Assembly: GCA_964016885.1 (NCBI GenBank)
Contig: OZ024750.1
Coordinates: forward strand, 34,720,001 to 34,784,000
Origin: Eledone cirrhosa
Lineage: Eukaryota
DNA: 64,000 nucleotides
Reading direction: 5' to 3'
Within the stretch, counting starts at the first letter, position 1, and the number at the start of each line of letters is the position of its first letter. The notes below the pieces were generated by a model. That model was not told the origin of the DNA. It saw only the letters and a program-made list of their open reading frames with translations, and did not search any database. This document shows, piece after piece, positions 49,788-64,000 of this stretch. Both the position numbers and the translations under genes were made by a program.

Positions 49788-50635
49788 ATACATTTATATA
49801 TAATAATAATTTAAATGAATATAATATTTCTAAATGTCTTTCTTCATTCTGTATGTACAAATAATTGAATAATTGAATATTTGCTTTAAATAGCCAGAAT
49901 ATTATATATTAAAGCTATTATTTTTCACAAACCACTTGAAAGAAAATAAGCCTGTATTGGAAGATGAAGAAACTATTATATTTATAATTATATATTAGTA
50001 AATAAAGCGTGGGAAATATACCGTTCTTTATTAGTTTATAATAAGAGATGATATTTACATTTACGTATTTGATTGCTGAAGATTAGGTGAGGCTATGTTT
50101 GATAACCAAAATACCTCTTCTAATTAAAACTGCAGAGAAAGGTATTTTAGGGTTTGACACCTTTATAAATGGGTGAAAGGAGTAAGTGAATATTTTCTAA
50201 AAAAATTAATCATGTTCAACCTCCTACATGACAGCTTTCTGATGAAGGTTTTCAAACAAAGCTGTTGATTTATACAAACAAGCAGCAGTTAATCCTTGCA
50301 GCAAACAATAATACACATAAACAGAGACAGTAATTAATACAGTGTTGAACAGAACATATTTTAATAATTACTCTGCAGAAACCTATAAATGTGAAAGTGA
50401 ATCTATTTTCTATATCTTAAGAAAATGTCAGCCTACAACAGTTGCTATTAATGTTCACCAAACAGCATTAAATAAGAACCTCTTATACTTTATTGTAATT
50501 TACCAGAACAACCATGTACATTTGGATAGTCTACCATATCACATTATGTATGATATCAATACATCTTTATAGACAACCATCACTGATCATATGCTATGAC
50601 AACATATCAAATAAACATGTTCATATTATTATTAT

Positions 50636-50835
50636 GAGGCCAGTGGATTGGCAGTATTGGTAGAGTGTCAGACAACATACTTTGTGGCATAGAGTTATGG
50701 CCTTTTACAGTCTGAGTTCAAATCTAGTCAAGGTTAGCTTTGCCTTTCATCCTTACGGGGTCGATAAAATAAAGCACCAGTAATGCACTGGGGTAATTGC
50801 TGGCCTTGTGCCTAAATCAGAAACACTTATTATTA

Positions 50836-50871
<36 letters not shown>

Positions 50872-50988
50872 GGGCGGTGGATTGGCAGTATCAGTAGAGG
50901 GTCAGATGCCATGCTTTGCCGCATAGAGTTATGGCCCTTAATGATCTGAATTCAAATCCCGCCGAGGTTAACTTTGCCTTTCATCCTT
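50636..50988 (+). mobile_element. Family A SINE plus a 3'-truncated second copy
   Basis: Head, B box and core motifs; (ATT)n tail between the copies. Confidence 0.8.
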
Positions 50989-51076
50989 GGAGCTTCCTAT
51001 CCAGGAAGCTCCAACCTTTAAGGTTATCTTTTTTCAGGGTGTGTCAATATTTATTTATAAAACTAATTCTGTATTG

Positions 51077-51142
51077 TATTTTATCTGATGAAAGCGCACC
51101 ATAATTTGCCTTGGTGGTCCTTGAAATATGTATAATAAAATA
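51077..51142 (+). ncRNA. Type I hammerhead motif, family H1
   Basis: TATTTTAT-CTGATGA-AAG-CG-CACCA...TGGTG-GTC-CTT-GAAA-TATGT-ATA-ATAAAATA. Confidence 0.8.
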
Positions 51143-51235
51143 AATATGGTTTTATAAATATAGTTTCCATTTGTTAATATATTGTATATATATATATATA
51201 GACAGTTGAAAATTGCAAACTTGACTGTCACCACA

Positions 51236-51272
51236 GAACCTGAAGATTGTGAAAGCATGAAAGTACTTGTTC
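51236..51272 (+). ncRNA. Minimal type I hammerhead motif (37 nt)
   Basis: GAAC-CTGAAGA-TTGT-GAAA-GCAT-GAAA-GTA-CTT-GTTC, then AATAAA; palindromic stem III AGTACT. Confidence 0.72.
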
Positions 51273-51437
51273 AATAAACACTTAACATTTAATATTCTAT
51301 CATACTATTTCATTCTAATACCATTATAATTTTAAAGGATTGTAAATAAAACGAGTAAATCAGACAAAGTTGGAATTCCTTTTATTAATATATATATATT
51401 AATAAATGGATTTTAGTCTTCAAATTTATTATTATTA

Positions 51438-51528
<91 letters not shown>

Positions 51529-51636
51529 GTATGGGGTTAACTGAACAGGGATGTGCGGACCACATTATGGTCTGTCGGTTGTGAAGCTGATAAAATGAAG
51601 TGTTCAATGACCTGTATCAATGGCGCAAGCTGGAGC

Positions 51637-51822
51637 ATTGGATTGGTAGTATTGGTAGAGGGTCGGATGCCATGCTTTCCAGCATAGTTACGTCCCTTTA
51701 CGATCTGAATTCAAATCCTGCCGAGGTTGACTTTACCTTTCATCCTTACAGGGTCGATAAAAATAAAGTACCAGTAATGCACTGGGTAATTGCTGGCCTT
51801 GTGCCTAAAGTAGAAACAATTA
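51637..51822 (+). mobile_element. Family A SINE
   Basis: Head, core and tail motifs. Confidence 0.8.
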
Positions 51823-51944
51823 TATAACATTAAAAGATCTGAGTTCATTTTCAGTTGATTTAGGTTTATTTCGTCCTCAGCAAAATATGTAAAATGGATT
51901 TTAAATAAACCTGAATCAACTGAATATGGTCTCAGAGCTTTTAA

Positions 51945-51989
<45 letters not shown>

Positions 51990-52267
51990 TAAATGTGTGA
52001 AAAAAATAGGCAAATGTATACCTAAAAAAATTCAGATTGAGTGTCTGTGGTTTTTCTCACATCTGTATATATATGTATATATATATATTCACATGTATAT
52101 TTATTAAAATAACAGATTAAAGTTTAAGCAAAGAATTGCTGCTTTCACACTTAATGGGATCTACTGTTATTTTAATAAATATTTGCTCTAGGGTTCTTAT
52201 ATATATTTGATATATATTTATCCTTATCGAGCCCGCTTTGGATTTTAGTCTTCACATTTATTATTAT

Positions 52268-52309
<42 letters not shown>

Positions 52310-52684
52310 CCTAGAGACACAAATATGTATTACATTTTAATAAAGCCATCTAAACATGTGTGTAGTAATTAGGCATATTTCTAAGTGATATATATTTTTA
52401 TTACTTTATTTTGATGGAAGATAATATTAAAGAAAAGCAATGGAGAATGACATGATGCTGAATGAAAATAAAAGTAATATTTATTGTTGGTGGTAATTAC
52501 ATCCCCCTCTCCCCCCTCTCTCTCTCACTCTCTCCCTCTCGTTCACTCTCACTCACTCCCCCCTCTCACCCCCATCTCATCAATATAACGTTTAATTAGG
52601 AATATACTCACTTATTTCCTAATGTTTGTTGAGTGAGTTGGAATTTGGCCGGAGTATCGCTAAAAGCTTTCTCCGATGATGTAT

Positions 52685-52697
52685 TTATATATCTATA

Positions 52698-52743
<46 letters not shown>

Positions 52744-52774
52744 CACACATATATATATATATAAATATATATAT

Positions 52775-52817
<43 letters not shown>

Positions 52818-53178
52818 TATATATACACATATATATATATATAAATATATATATACACATATATATATATATATAAATATATATATACACATATATATAT
52901 ATATAATATATATATACACATATATATATATACAAATATATATATATATATATATAATATATATATACACACATATATATATATATATATATATAATATA
53001 TATATACACATATATATATATATATAAATATATATATACACATATATATATATATATATATAAATATATATATGCATATATATATATATATATAATATAT
53101 ATATACACACATATATATATATATATATATAAATATATATATACACATATATATATATATATATATAAATATATATAT

Positions 53179-53213
<35 letters not shown>

Positions 53214-53384
53214 TATATATACACATATATATATATATATATATATAAATATATATATACACATATATATATATATATATACACATATAAATATATATAT
53301 ACACATATATAAATATATATATACACATATAAATATATATATACACATATATAAATATATATATACACATATAAATATATATAT

Positions 53385-53429
<45 letters not shown>

Positions 53430-53465
53430 TATATATATACACACACATATATATATATATATATA
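52685..53465. repeat. Long (TA)n-based microsatellite; further tracts at 53880-54400, 56157-56372 and 56630-57016
   Basis: Direct inspection. Confidence 0.9.
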
Positions 53466-53491
53466 CCAACAATAAAAATGAACCTAAATCG

Positions 53492-53522
<31 letters not shown>

Positions 53523-53911
53523 TCAAAAAAAAAAATCAATATATAGTCTCTCTGATATGTTTCTCCCCCTTCCCTCCCCTAACATATTACTATTTTCTGC
53601 CGATTCGTATTAGGAATTTTCCGCAGACTACAAAATACAGCTCAAATTATTACTATATGTCTTCACCACTATCACTAGCACTTGTACTATTTTCTTTCTA
53701 TTTTCTCTTTTTTTAATGTTTCATCTTCTCTTCCTGTTTGGCATGTCTGCTGATGATGGCAAGTCTATAGAATGTTCCTCATATTTAGTACACTCTCCTA
53801 CAGTCTCATTTCTAGCTTTAGAAGCAGAATTTTATATATGTGTGTGTCTCTGCATAATACATATATTATATATATATCCTTATATTAAACAGATATATAT
53901 ACATACATACA

Positions 53912-53972
<61 letters not shown>

Positions 53973-54065
53973 GTGTGTATATATATATATATACGTGTAT
54001 ATATATATATATATACGTGTGTATATATATATATATACATGTATATATATATGTGTATATATATA

Positions 54066-54103
<38 letters not shown>

Positions 54104-54209
54104 CGTGTATATATATGTGTGTATATATATATATATATGTGTATATATTTTATATATATATATATATACATATAATATATATTTGTTCTTAATTCCACTA
54201 TTTTATTGA

Positions 54210-54240
<31 letters not shown>

Positions 54241-54305
54241 GATGAATATGAATAATAACAGTGAGTCTAAATACAATATATATATATATATATTTACAAA
54301 TATAT

Positions 54306-54404
<99 letters not shown>

Positions 54405-56155
54405 AAATAGTGGAATTAACAACAGAAATTCTTTTTAGACTATTAGTAGAATGTAATGATATCTGTTAATAATGTTTCTTGTTAATTAGTCAATGGATCT
54501 TTTCCAAAAGTAGTTAATTATTATTAGTCTGTTACCAAGTGACAAGAAATTACTACCATATTTTATCTTCTCCAAACCTGAAAGAAAAAAGAAAGAAACC
54601 CAAAAGACCAAATGGCTACTTGGTTCTATTGTCTCTCTGGGAAGATAACCTTTAAATATCTACTTTTCTTCAGTTATTTTATGACATGTGATAAATTTCT
54701 TTTCAATATAAGTAATTTTGTTCTTTTATCCTTCACTACTTTATTGTTTTTTTTGTTTTTTTTTCATTCAGTGTTTTAGAACAATTTCCTCATACATATA
54801 ATGTTCATATTATTTACTGTCTATGATTACAAAAGCTACAAGAACAATAAAAAAACACACACAAGAAATAAGAAATATGTGTGTAATGGCACTTTAGATT
54901 TTGTGTAGAGAGACAACAAAGAAAGATTGTTAACTGATATGTCTTTCTAGAAACTAGATTTTCTCATGTAGTTCAAAGAATGTAAATTACACTTATTTTC
55001 AGATAGAATATTGATTGAGAAACAAAGAAACAATTGGAATACTTTATTTTGTTAAAAGATAAAATTTTCTGCCCTAATGTAACATTAACAAAAAAAATGT
55101 CTGTTATCTGAAAAATGAAACCTTCATTTTTCAATAATTGCCTCTCAGCCACAAACTTGCTACAAATCAAACAATTTTATTTATGATGGTGCACCAACAA
55201 TCTTTATCTAAAAAAATTAATATTTTTGAATTTTAAAAGTTGGTTGGCTACAATTATTATTATTATTATTTTTTGCTAAATAAATTTTCCTGTTAATTTT
55301 GATGTCACCTAATCTTTTCTTCAACTGATGTTTAGATATTGTATTTGCATTGATATTAAATAATTCTATATATCATAACTAACATCATATTATATTGATA
55401 TCAATATGGCTTTTATTATATAGCTCATTATCATACAATAATAATAATAATAATAATAAGAGCCTTAAGATGTAAGCAAAATGGAAGACGTATTATTGTT
55501 AGATGAAATATATATATATATATATAAAAAAAAAAGAAAATCATCTTCTTATATTTTATTTGTGGTTATTCTTTCATTGATAACTTTTTTTTTTCTTCTT
55601 CTCAGATAAAATAAACTTCCTCCATTTGTAAAGAAATATTGAAAAATCTTGTTTGAATAGCAATACCCTTATTAACTCAGTTTTATATCTCTATAGCTGA
55701 CTTCAAACATTCAGATTATGATATTATGAAATGGGTTTTTTTTTGGCTTGACAGTTTTATGTTAAAATTCCAAAGAGGAATATCATTTTTAGTATTATTG
55801 TTATTATTTTTATTTTGTTTTGTTTTTTTTAATTTATTCTCTGTATAAATAATCTCATTTGCATTCTGTCTCCACCACCACCTCCTTTCAATTTTCATTG
55901 ATTAAGTAATTCCCCCTCCCCTTCCTCTGACCCCCCCCCCCCCCCCAAAAAAAAAACAACAACATAAAATACACAAACATACATATAAACACCCCTGCCC
56001 CCCCCCCCCCCCAAAAAAAAAAAACATACAAACATACATATCAGAACCCCCCCCCTCCCTCCGATCTATGTAGAAAAGAAAGGGTTAATATTTATAGTGA
56101 TGATCATCTTAGCAGCATGACTCACTCCTTGCATAAGAAAACTGATATATGACTG

Positions 56156-56188
<33 letters not shown>

Positions 56189-56242
56189 TGCACATACATA
56201 TACATAAATATATACATACATATATTTATATATATATATATA

Positions 56243-56302
<60 letters not shown>

Positions 56303-56317
56303 CTTATATATATATAT

Positions 56318-56348
<31 letters not shown>

Positions 56349-56372
56349 CATATATACATATACATATATATA

Positions 56373-56629
56373 TGGTGGCTGCCAACTCGTTTTCGAGTAC
56401 GGCCACTACTTTATATCCATGTAGGAGAACCCCTACCGATGCGCTGAACGAGTGTGACTTTTTAGTCCAGCCAGCGACTTGAAAACTCTGGTACAAACAC
56501 TACACTTGTGACAACTATTGACACATAGTGCTGGGCCCATGGTACCTTGTGAGGACAAGTGCAGAGAGATCTCCAGATATAAAGCAATGCCTGTGCCGTG
56601 GGACTGGCTTTGTGCAGTGCCTTTGCTCA
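56373..56629 (-). mobile_element. LINE 3' fragment encoding a C-terminal C2H2 zinc finger, inserted in (TA)n
   Basis: [23 protein letters not shown] fits C-x2-C-x3-F-x5-L-x2-H-x4-H; short 3' UTR; microsatellite on both sides; such terminal fingers occur in some RTE-clade ORFs. Confidence 0.6.
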
Positions 56630-57314
56630 CATATATATATATATATATATACATACATACATACATATACATATATACATATACATACATACATATACAT
56701 ATATATATATACAATATACATATACATACATACATATATATATACATACATATACATATATATATATACATACATATATACATACATATATATATACATA
56801 CATATACATATATACATATACATATATATATATACATATATATATATACATACATATACATATATATATATATACATATATATATACATACATATACATA
56901 TATATATATACATACATATATATATACATATATATACATACATATATACATATATATACATACATACATACATATATATATATATAAATATCCTTATGTA
57001 CATATATATATATATAAGTAATGAATATAATTTATATTCATATATAATTTTGGTTTTATATTTATGATATATTATTGGAGCATAACAGCATAACAGTGTA
57101 AATGGTTTAGGTTTGGTTGTTGGAGATAGTATCAGTGAATATGTATATTGGACTATGAGATTTAGGCAGCTATACAAATGGCCGTCATAATGCATCAATA
57201 CACTTTGAAATTATGTAGATTGTAGAACTGTATAAAGTTATTGGCAATAAAAGAAATTATTAATATTGCTATTACAGTTCTTATTACTAATGTTTTATTA
57301 TCACTAATACTATA

Positions 57315-58092
57315 AAGGTGATGGATTGGCAGTATCGGTAGAGGGTCGGACGCCATGCTTTGAAGCATAGAGTTACGGCTCTTTATGATCTGAGTTCAAA
57401 TCCCGCCGAGGTTAACTTTGCCTTTCATCCTTATGGGGTCGATAAAATAAAGTACCAGTCACACACTGGGGTCGATTTAATCGACTTTCCCCTCCCCCAA
57501 ATTACTGGCCTTGTGCCTATAGTAGAAATCATTATTAAAGTACCAGTAATACACCTGGGATCGATTTAATCGACTTTCCCCTCCCCCCAAATTACTGGCC
57601 TTGTGCCTATATAAGAAACCATTATTACTAATACTATATAGGCGGTGGATTGGCAGTATCGGTAGAGAGTCGGACGCCATGCTTTGAAGCATAGAGTTAC
57701 GTCCCTTTATGATCTGAGTTCAAATCCCGCCGAGGTTGACTTTGCCTTTCATCCTTACGGGGTCGATAAAATAAAATACCAGTAATGCACTGGAGTAATT
57801 GCTGGCCTTGTGCCTAAAATAGAAACTATTATTACTAATACTATAACCATTATTTTTTTTTTATTATTATTATTATTATCTTTATTATTGTTATTGTAAT
57901 GGAAGTGGATTGGCAATATCAGTTAAGGGTCGGACGCCATGTTTAGCGGCATAGAGTTACGGCCCTTTACGATCCGAGTTCAAATCCCGCCGAGGTTAAC
58001 TTTGCCTTTCATCCTTACGGGGTCGATAAAATAAAGTACCAGTAATGTACTGGGATAATTGCTGGCCTTGTGCCAAAAGTAGAAACAATTAT

Positions 58093-58129
<37 letters not shown>

Positions 58130-58382
58130 GTTACAACTACTGTTACTACGACAACTACTTTTATTATTATTGTTATTATTGTTTACGGTGGATTGGCAGT
58201 ATCGGTAGAGGGTCGGACGCCATGCTTTCCAGCATAGTTACGTCCCTTTACAATCTGAGTTCAAATCCCGCCGAGGTTGACTTTGCCTTTCATCCTTACA
58301 GGGGGGGGGGGGGTCGATAAAATAAAGTACCAATAATGCACTGGGTAATTGCTGGCCTTGTGCCTAAAGTAGAAACAATTAT
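57315..58382 (+). mobile_element. Cluster of four co-oriented family A SINEs
   Basis: Heads near 57318, 57641, 57905 and 58186; the first has a longer, duplicated 3' segment. Confidence 0.85.
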
Positions 58383-58882
58383 TATTGTTATTATAATTGC
58401 TACATTGAAAGTAGTATGTTTATAAATGATAGTAAACTACAATTCTCCCTCGTAGTATAATACAAAGACAGAAATCAAGCTTATATCAAGAGAATCATCC
58501 ATTTTTCAATATTTAGAGACATTTTTCTCCATCTATTTCATGCTTCAATGACAAGTGTTTTACTCTTAACATATTACTAATATTAACTACACACTCTAAT
58601 GTAAAAAAGAAATTACCCTTTCATTAGGGACTAATTTCTTTACATTTTTCCCTTCATTCCTTTTCATGAGAAAATATAATATTTGTGCAACCCCTCCCCT
58701 CATCCTCAAATGCTTTTTTTTTTTGTTGACTTTTTGTTTGTTTTTCTTTGGTGAGTAATGAATGTTGAATCATCTTCTAAACCTTCACTGTTTGGCATCT
58801 GGTTCATATTTTTAACATGGATAGTTCACGGAATTGTAACTTGTGTTGGCAACAAAGAGTTTATTTCTTTATGTAAAGAGGA

Positions 58883-58921
<39 letters not shown>

Positions 58922-58925
<4 letters not shown>

Positions 58926-59255
58926 TCATTTCATTTTACGTCCACTTTTCCTTGCTTGCAAGGGTGGGACGGGAACTGATTCTGGCTTGATTTCTACAGC
59001 TGGATGCCCTTCCTAACACCAACCTCATTTACAGTGAGTGCTGAGTGCTTTTTTTGCCGTGTCACCTCCACGACCACTTTGCAGTGGAATGATAGGGACC
59101 CCAGTCCCTATCATCTCATTTCTACAGCTGAGTAAACTGGAGCAATGTGAAATAAAGTGTCTTGCTCAAGGAAACAACACATCACCCGGTCTGAGAATTG
59201 AACTCACAACCTTTCGATTGCAAGGCCAATGCTCTAAGCACTAAGCCATGTGCCT

Positions 59256-59257
<2 letters not shown>
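58922..59257 (-). mobile_element. Family B SINE (left arm of ~1-kb palindrome)
   Basis: Full-length reverse complement of family B. Confidence 0.9.
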
Positions 59258-59301
<44 letters not shown>

Positions 59302-59308
59302 ATATATA

Positions 59309-59546
<238 letters not shown>

Positions 59547-59565
59547 TACATATATATATATATAT

Positions 59566-59912
59566 GGAGGCACATGGCTTAGTGCTTAGAGCATTGGCCA
59601 TGCAATCGAAAGGTTGTGAGTTCAATTCTCAGACCGGGTGATGTGTTGTTTCCTTGAGCAAGACACTTTATTTCACATTGCTCCAGTTTACTCAGCTGTA
59701 GAAATGAGATGATAGGGACTGGGGTCCCTATCATTCCACTGCAAAGTGGTCGTGGAGGTGACACGGCAAAAAAAGCACTCAGCACTCACTGTAAATGAGG
59801 TTGGTGTTAGGAAGGGCATCCAGCTGTAGAAATCAAGCCAGAATCAGTTCCCGTCCCACCCTTGCAAGCAAGGAAAAGTGGACGTAAAATGAAATGATGA
59901 TGAAATGATGAT
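59566..59912 (+). mobile_element. Family B SINE (right arm)
   Basis: Full length; separated from the left copy by ~308 bp of (TA)n. Confidence 0.9.
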
Positions 59913-60569
59913 ATATATATATATATACACACACACACAGAGGAGTATATGGCTGCTTAGTTATGAGTTATGGAGGACTCTAAGAGTATATTTATGTAAG
60001 AGGAAGACTCTATGGGGTCTATATATATATATATGGAGTATGGGGTGTATATGTTTATATATTTTATGATATATCAGTGTAAAACTGCTTAGTAATGAGT
60101 TAAGGAGGGCTCTAAGTGTATATTACTTTATCTAAGATGAAGACTCTATTGGGTGTGTGTATATGGAGTGTATATAAGTGTATATATGGAGTATAGAGTG
60201 TATATATGGAGTATGTGGATTGTATATATGGAGTATGTGGAGTGTATATAAGTGTAAAATTGCTTAGTAATAAGTTATGGTGGGACTCTAAGTACATATA
60301 ATTACTGATGAGAAATTAATGGAGTATGAAATATTATGCATCGTCATCGTGCATGAGAGGTGAAGAGGAAGTAAGATAAGAAAGAAGCTAGGCATTAGTC
60401 AATAAATGTAGGATTGGTGGGTATTAAAATATATAATATAGATGACACAGATCAGGGAGGTAAGCTGTTCAGTTCATGTCAGGAAAATGGGTGTTAAAAT
60501 AATGCTAATGATGATGATGATGCATTAGTATATATATATTTTCAATTGTAATCTATTCTACAGTATGTT

Positions 60570-61347
60570 TGTTGTGTTGTGAAGTACATTGAGTACTCTA
60601 GAGTTGTGTTATGTTGTGAAGTACACTAGTGTTGTGTTGTTATGTTGTGAAGTACATTGAGTACACTAGTGTTGTGTTGTTGTGTTGTGAAGTACATTGA
60701 GTACACTAGAGTTGTGTTGTGTTGTGAAGTGCATTGAGTACACTAGAGTTGTGTTGTGAAGTGCATTGAGTACACTAGAGTTGTGTTGTGAAGTGCATTG
60801 AGTACACTAGAGTTGTGTTGTGAAGTGCATTGAGTACACTAGAGTTGTGTTGTGAAGTACATTGAGTACACTAGAGTTGTGTTGTGAAGTGCATTGAGTA
60901 CACTAGAGTTGTGTTGTGAAGTGCATTGAGTACACTAGAGTTGTGTTGTGAAGTGCATTGAGTACACTAGAGTTGTGTTGTGAAGTACATTGAGTACGCT
61001 AGAGTTGTGTTGTGAAGTACACTGAGTACACTAGAGTTGTGTTGTGTTGTGAAGTACATTGAGTACACTAGAGTTGTGTTGTTGTGTTGTGAAGTACACT
61101 GAGTATACTAGTGTTGTGTTGTTGTGTTGTGAAGTACAGTGAGTACACTAGAGTTGTGTTGTATTGTGAAGTACATTGATTACACTAGAGTTCTGTTGTT
61201 GTGTTGTGAAGTACATTGAGTACACTAGAGTTGTGTTGTGTTGTGAAGTACACAGAGTACATTACATATCTGTTATTGTGTTGTGAAGTACAGTGAGTAC
61301 ATTATATAACTGTTGATGTGTTGTGAAGTACAGTGAGTACATTACAG
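60570..61347. repeat. ~32-40-bp minisatellite
   Basis: Unit GTTGTGTTGTGAAGTRCATTGAGTACACTAGA with variable GTTGT count. Confidence 0.92.
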
Positions 61348-62009
61348 ATCTATTCTATACTAATGGGAAACACAAGTTATATCTTAGAGAAGAAATACCA
61401 AAGAAAAATGAGCAGGGACATTAGCTGCATAAAAAACATACAGTAAAGTGTACATTAACATACTTGATGTAGTAATCCAAGAAATTTAAATTAATTTAAA
61501 TTGTGGCTATAGTAATGAGAAAAACATTATTGTCTTAATGACTGATTCTAGTAAAAAAACAAAGGCAGTGGAGACAACCTCAGAATTTAAATTAAAGAAA
61601 ATTGAAATACAAAGTCGAATGAGTCTGATCTTTGGCAGTATGATGACAATTCCAGACATGTTTCGGTATTGTTAAATTTCATCAGCAAAGTGTAGTCAAA
61701 CTGTATTATCAGATGATAAATGAAGATATAGGATTTCTAAATATGTGACAGTGAACTGAATGTTGAACACTCATATAACCTTATTTGAAATATTTCTTTC
61801 TTTGTTTTAAATGCAACATTTATATCAATATAGAAATTGGTTTTCATTAATTAGTTTAGAACTGGGTTCTCAATTATTGCTAACTTTCACAAATCATTAG
61901 GACAAGTGGAAGGACTTATTAATGGGTTTGCTAGATCACTAATGGTTAGTTTAACATAACCATCCCATTGGTATATTTCCACCCTACATTTGTTGATGAC
62001 ATTGACCTG

Positions 62010-62915
62010 TTAGGGAGCAGTGAAGTTCAGGAGCATATGGAATGGAGATGAGCTCAGAAAAGAGCAAGATTTGTTTTAATAGTAATAATCAGAATACAGC
62101 AATCAACATCATGTTGAACAGAAGAAATGGAAACCTTTAGGTACCTAGGATCCACTCTGACCAAAGATGGCAGATCTTAAAGGAGATACTGACAAGACTC
62201 ACCCTAACCACTTCTGCCAAGGTAAAGCTAAATGCCATATGGAAAAGCAACTCCATTAGTTTTCCAGTGAAGCTCAAACTATACAAGTCTGTAGCAAGAG
62301 TTGCCGCCCTTGTTGTGACGATCACATCACCAATAGAGTAACGCTCTCTAGACAGGAAGTAGCTGGAGTTGCTTCCCGTTGGGGTGGCAGAGCCCTTTTT
62401 TATCACTTCCGTTCCACGACCTATAAAGGGAATAACTTTCAGCTCTTTACCTCTCATTTGCCTTTCGGCTCCTGGCCTTCTAACCCGCCTGGCCCTTCGG
62501 CCAGGTGCGTTCGTCTGGCAACTCTAACATGGCCTCTTGCGACCTAACTTCAAAACGGTAACAAATAACTTTACTTCATTCTTTCATCTGCTACTCATTG
62601 ACATGACAACTATACTGTTCTACATAACCTCAACTTGTTAATTAAACATTATATACACAACCGAGCATCTTTGTTATATTCATACACATCAGTATTTTGT
62701 TATAAGTCCTTGGTGACTTCGATCCTTTTGTATGGGTGTGAGAGTTGGACTCTCACAGCTGACAAGGAATGAAGAATTCAGTCATTCGAGCACAATTGTT
62801 TCAGAAGGTTGCTACATATCCCATACATGGAGCACTAAACAAACAGCTTTGTCAAGCAGCAAGTTAACAAATATGCTGGTAGACAGGAACCACTGCTTCA
62901 GATAATGAAAAAACG
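62010..62915 (+). mobile_element. Decayed RTE LINE fragment interrupted by a solo LTR
   Basis: LNAIWKSNSISFPVKLKLYKS | LVTSILLYGCESWTL is continuous across the insertion. Confidence 0.8.
62290..62704 (+). mobile_element. Solo LTR (415 bp), probably Gypsy-like
   Basis: Starts TGTAGCAA, ends TTGTTATA (imperfect inverted ends); 4-bp TSD AGTC; TATAAA at 62422, ATTAAA at 62641. Confidence 0.7.
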
Positions 62916-62942
62916 TAGCAGTACATCTGGAAGACAGATATT

Positions 62943-63178
62943 ATAATAATGAAATTATTGTGTAAAGTGCTCAGGTGCATTACAACTCGTCAAAGGTTCA
63001 TGTATAGTACATAGAATAATATACAAATGCCAGGGAAGTGAATAGTGTATGAGTCATGATATGCATGTGTGTATGTGTATGGAGGGGGAACATTAGGTGT
63101 AGTGTTGACGAATCTCGGGAAGCATGGAGGTTTTAAAGGATGCAGTGTCTCGACAGGTAGTTTGTTCCATGCTTCAGC
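62943..63178 (-). mobile_element. CR1/L2-like LINE 3' end fragment
   Basis: Minus-strand AEAWNKLP...ASFKT motif followed by UTR and a short ATT tail. Confidence 0.55.
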
Positions 63179-63184
63179 GAAATT

Positions 63185-63462
63185 AGTAAATATAGTAGCT
63201 GTTCATCTAGAGGGATAGATGTTAATAAATATAGTTAAAGTTCATCTGGAGGAACAGATATTAATATATGTAGTAGCTGTACATCAAGAGGAACGCATGT
63301 TCACAATGGCAGTAGCAGTACATCTGGAGGAACAGATGTTAATAAATATAGTAGCAGTAAATCTGGAGTGCACATGTTAATAAATATAGTAGCAATACAT
63401 CTGGAGAACACATGTTGATAAATATAGTATCAGTACATCTGGAGAACACATGTTCATAATGA
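63185..63462. repeat. Diverged ~39-bp minisatellite
   Basis: Unit AGTAGCAGTACATCTGGAG(G)AACA.ATGTTAATAAATAT. Confidence 0.8.
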
Positions 63463-64000
63463 TAGGTCTCCATCGTACTTCTGTTGCACACATTTAGCTA
63501 TTCTTTTAAACATATCTCTCATAGTTTGGCATACTTTAGTCTTCCTATGATTAGTTTAACATAACAGCATGTAAACCTTCATTATTCCCTGTTCACTTAT
63601 AAAGCTATTTTTACATTAGACATTTTAGCAGTTTACCTGCCAGATAAATCTATCAATTGAGAGATTCTTTCTGCTAAATCTTCCTCAAATTTCATTTTCC
63701 TATTCATCACTACTTTATTCTCTCTACTATCTTCTTTTTCTACATATACAATCAACTGTACAACATCTGAACTATTATGAGAAATCTAAACTACAGTATC
63801 ATTTGTACTCACCCATTCTATAAACTTTATCCATCCTCAATATAAGATCATTGACAGCAGGATTAGTTAAATCACAAATGAAACAAAGGAATTCATATGT
63901 AATCCACTAAAGCCATTTCTAGTATCTTCATCAGGTGCACACTCCTCAAATAATAAACTTGACCACAATGTCTTATCTATTTCTCACTGTAGATCCTTCT

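Noticed and set aside
50231-50265. ACAGCTTT-CTGATGA...AAAGCTGT
   Set aside because: Stem and CUGAUGA are present but stem II, GAAA and stem III are missing; at best a deleted remnant

Overview
AT-rich eukaryotic (animal) intronic/intergenic DNA with no intact protein-coding gene; nearly all listed ORFs are artefacts of satellites and microsatellites. The repeat landscape suggests a cephalopod such as an octopus (inference). Contents: an ~11-kb 48-bp satellite grown out of a SINE, a ~5-kb 35-bp satellite, many microsatellites, two tRNA-derived SINE families, piggyBac-type TTAA MITEs, RTE and CR1/L2 LINE fragments, a solo LTR and a decayed Penelope-like (PLE) reverse transcriptase. The main hidden signal is about 11 well-formed type I hammerhead ribozyme motifs from about five sequence families, plus degenerate ones, between 28.4 and 51.3 kb. 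Most sit next to (TA)n tracts and several form head-to-head palindromes, which fits non-autonomous PLE/retrozyme-like elements. All folds were made by eye, activity is untested, and repeat boundaries are approximate.
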